NCBI GenBank assembly: GCA_002387725.1 | Contig: DGKK01000025.1 | Coordinates: 10,400-73,592 of the forward strand | Length of the DNA stretch: 63,193 nt | DNA from: Nitrospirae bacterium UBA4572 | GTDB lineage: Bacteria > Nitrospirota > Leptospirillia > Leptospirillales > Leptospirillaceae | Direction: 5' to 3' | Shown here: positions 62,087-63,193 of the stretch, one piece after another | How positions within the stretch are numbered: position 1 is the first letter of the stretch | How the letters are laid out: each line of letters begins with the position of its first letter | Notes under the pieces: model-generated | Seen by the model: only the letters and a program-made list of their open reading frames with translations | Told to the model about the DNA's origin: nothing | The model's database searches: none | Position numbers and translations under genes: made by a program

Positions 62087-62826
62087 GACTCTGCGGATTC
62101 GTCCTGGCCGCGGGTCTGGGAACCCGGCTCCGTCCGCTCTTTCCGGATCTCCCCAAACCTCTGGTTCCGTTGGGGGGGCGTCCGGCCATCGCCTGGTCCA
62201 TGGACCTCCTCGTGAGGGCCGGCGTGTCGCGGATCATCGTCAATGTCCACCACAAAAGGGAGATGATGCGCGAGGCTCTTCCCCCCCTGGTTCCCCCCGG
62301 GGTCGAGCTCTTTTTCTCCGAGGAGGAGCGGCTTCTGGGGACGGGAGGAGGGATTGCGAAGGCCCGGGAGCTCTATCAGGACTTCGACTGGCTCCTGATC
62401 GCCAATGCGGATATTCTGACCTTTCTCTCCCTCGCCCCATTTTTGGGGCGGGCGATCCGGGAGGATTCCCTGGCCCACCTCATTCTCTCTCCCCACGGCC
62501 CCGAAACCGAACGGGGCCGCATCGGCCGACGGCAGGGAGGCTCTCTCTGGCTCCCGGCGTCCGGGGAGGGGGGCCGACCCTCCGATGTAAAGGCTGGGAT
62601 CTTTCTGGGGCTTCACGTTGTCCGTCCACAGATCTTCGAGGGGGTGGACCCCAGCGAGGCTCCGTCTGTGATCGACATCTACCGCCGGCGTCTGGTGGAA
62701 GGGGGCCGGGTTCGGGCCAGCTTTACCCGGTCCTTCTGGGTCGATCTGGGAACGGAAGATGGATATCGGCGCGCCGTGCGATCCCTTGAAGACCGAGAGG
62801 GTCGAGTCCGCCGGGGGGAGGGGTGA
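62083..62826 (+). CDS. murU: Sugar-1-phosphate nucleotidyltransferase (MurU-like)
   Basis: 247-aa ORF. N-terminus GFVLAAGLGTRLRPL is the nucleotidyltransferase signature. Coupled to the amgK-like gene. Confidence 0.8.
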   Translation: MRLCGFVLAAGLGTRLRPLFPDLPKPLVPLGGRPAIAWSMDLLVRAGVSRIIVNVHHKREMMREALPPLVPPGVELFFSEEERLLGTGGGIAKARELYQDFDWLLIANADILTFLSLAPFLGRAIREDSLAHLILSPHGPETERGRIGRRQGGSLWLPASGEGGRPSDVKAGIFLGLHVVRPQIFEGVDPSEAPSVIDIYRRRLVEGGRVRASFTRSFWVDLGTEDGYRRAVRSLEDREGRVRRGEG

Positions 62827-63193
62827 TCTGCCCCAGAACTGCGGGGGCGAGGGCTCCGGTCACCTCCGGGATATTTCCGGGGCGGCCGGAGAGGGTGAGC
62901 AGGGCGATGTAGGCGAAGGCCATCGATTCGATGGCCTGGGGAGGATACCCCTTTTCCTGGGAGGAGATGACGGGAAGACCCGTCCGCCGGGCGATGCGTT
63001 CCATGAGATCGGGGTTGCGCATCCCTCCCCCCCCTACGATGATTTCCTCCGGAGGGGAGGCCAGCCAGGGGAGGGATCTCTCCACTCCGGCAGCGGTGAG
63101 CTCCGACAGGGTGGCCAGGAGATTGTCCCCCTCCTCCGGGGAGAGGCGGTGGGCGGGGGGAGCGGCTCCCCGGAGGGGAGGGGCGGTCTGATG
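62723..63193 (-). CDS. anmK: Anhydro-N-acetylmuramic acid kinase, C-terminal part (gene runs off the window end)
   Basis: Own translation from 63193: HQTAPP...NLLATLSELTAAGVERSL...IIVGGGGMRNPDLMERI...ESMAFAYIALLT, resembling the AnmK C-terminal half. Its 3' end overlaps the murU 3' end by 104 nt. Confidence 0.78.
   Translation of the reverse strand, partial: HQTAPPLRGAAPPAHRLSPEEGDNLLATLSELTAAGVERSLPWLASPPEEIIVGGGGMRNPDLMERIARRTGLPVISSQEKGYPPQAIESMAFAYIALLTLSGRPGNIPEVTGALAPAVLGQITPPPGGLDPLGLQGIARRADIHLPFPDRPRRTG

Noticed and set aside
1-63193. CRISPR arrays, transposases/IS elements, integrases, prophage or defence islands, and rRNA genes.
   Set aside because: Scanning the intergenic regions and the ORF translations, I noticed no tandem or spaced direct repeats and no mobile-element or defence-protein motifs. 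The single tRNA has no adjacent integrase.

Overview
GC-rich bacterial chromosomal segment, densely packed with housekeeping genes. I saw no rRNA, CRISPR array, transposase, integrase or phage genes.

**Gene content, left to right**
- hisD(partial)-hisG, murA, prfA-prmC, rpmE and rho, followed by a stand-alone monoheme cytochrome c gene.
- trmI, a C-N hydrolase, and a divergent envelope pair (LTXXQ periplasmic protein and a beta-barrel OMP).
- A VOC protein, a polyprenyl synthase and a DUF1015 protein.
- ileS-lspA-TPR-rluD, then tRNA-Val(CAC).
- A long co-oriented origin-type block: rplI-rpmH-rnpA-yidD-yidC-mnmE-mnmG-rsmG-[parS]-parA-parB-bactofilin-mnmA-exonuclease.
- A partial anaerobic cobalamin cluster (cbiD-E-T-G-H-cobO) translationally coupled to def, then pyrF, prmA and a DipZ-like thioredoxin-fold protein.
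- A 2-oxoacid:ferredoxin oxidoreductase (OFOR) cluster.
- A six-gene Hyf/Hyc-like membrane complex.
- An M50 protease, suhB, an archaeal-type PEP carboxylase, lpxC, a 2Fe-2S ferredoxin, a DUF151 nuclease, rnc, mutM and a yeiH-like gene.
- A cell-wall recycling trio: amgK-murU, convergent with partial anmK.

**Likely organism (inference only)**
The content points to a chemolithoautotroph using the reductive TCA cycle, possibly a Leptospirillum-like Nitrospirota. The basis is the OFOR of the Hydrogenobacter five-subunit layout, the archaeal-type PEPC and the periplasmic cytochrome c.

**Most interesting signal: ~42.6-49.8 kb**
- The gene order looks like a formate-hydrogenlyase or hydrogenase-4 operon. 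However, its 'large subunit' has only one cysteine in 518 aa. Ser/Ala replace all four Ni-Fe ligand positions (RISGDS and NPSYSASDL).
- The NuoB-like partner keeps its four Fe-S cysteines, and the antiporter-like subunits look intact.
- There is no NuoI/HycF-type ferredoxin subunit, no formate dehydrogenase and no hyp/hycI maturation gene in the window.
- So this is not a hydrogenase. It is an energy-converting-hydrogenase-related (Ehr-like), complex-I-like module of unknown substrate.
- It sits co-oriented and immediately upstream of the ferredoxin-dependent OFOR genes. That suggests a ferredoxin-linked, ion-motive redox system, possibly pmf-driven ferredoxin reduction for CO2 fixation.

**Limits**
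All functional calls rest on reading motifs in the provided translations and my own translation of short or edge ORFs. No database search was possible.
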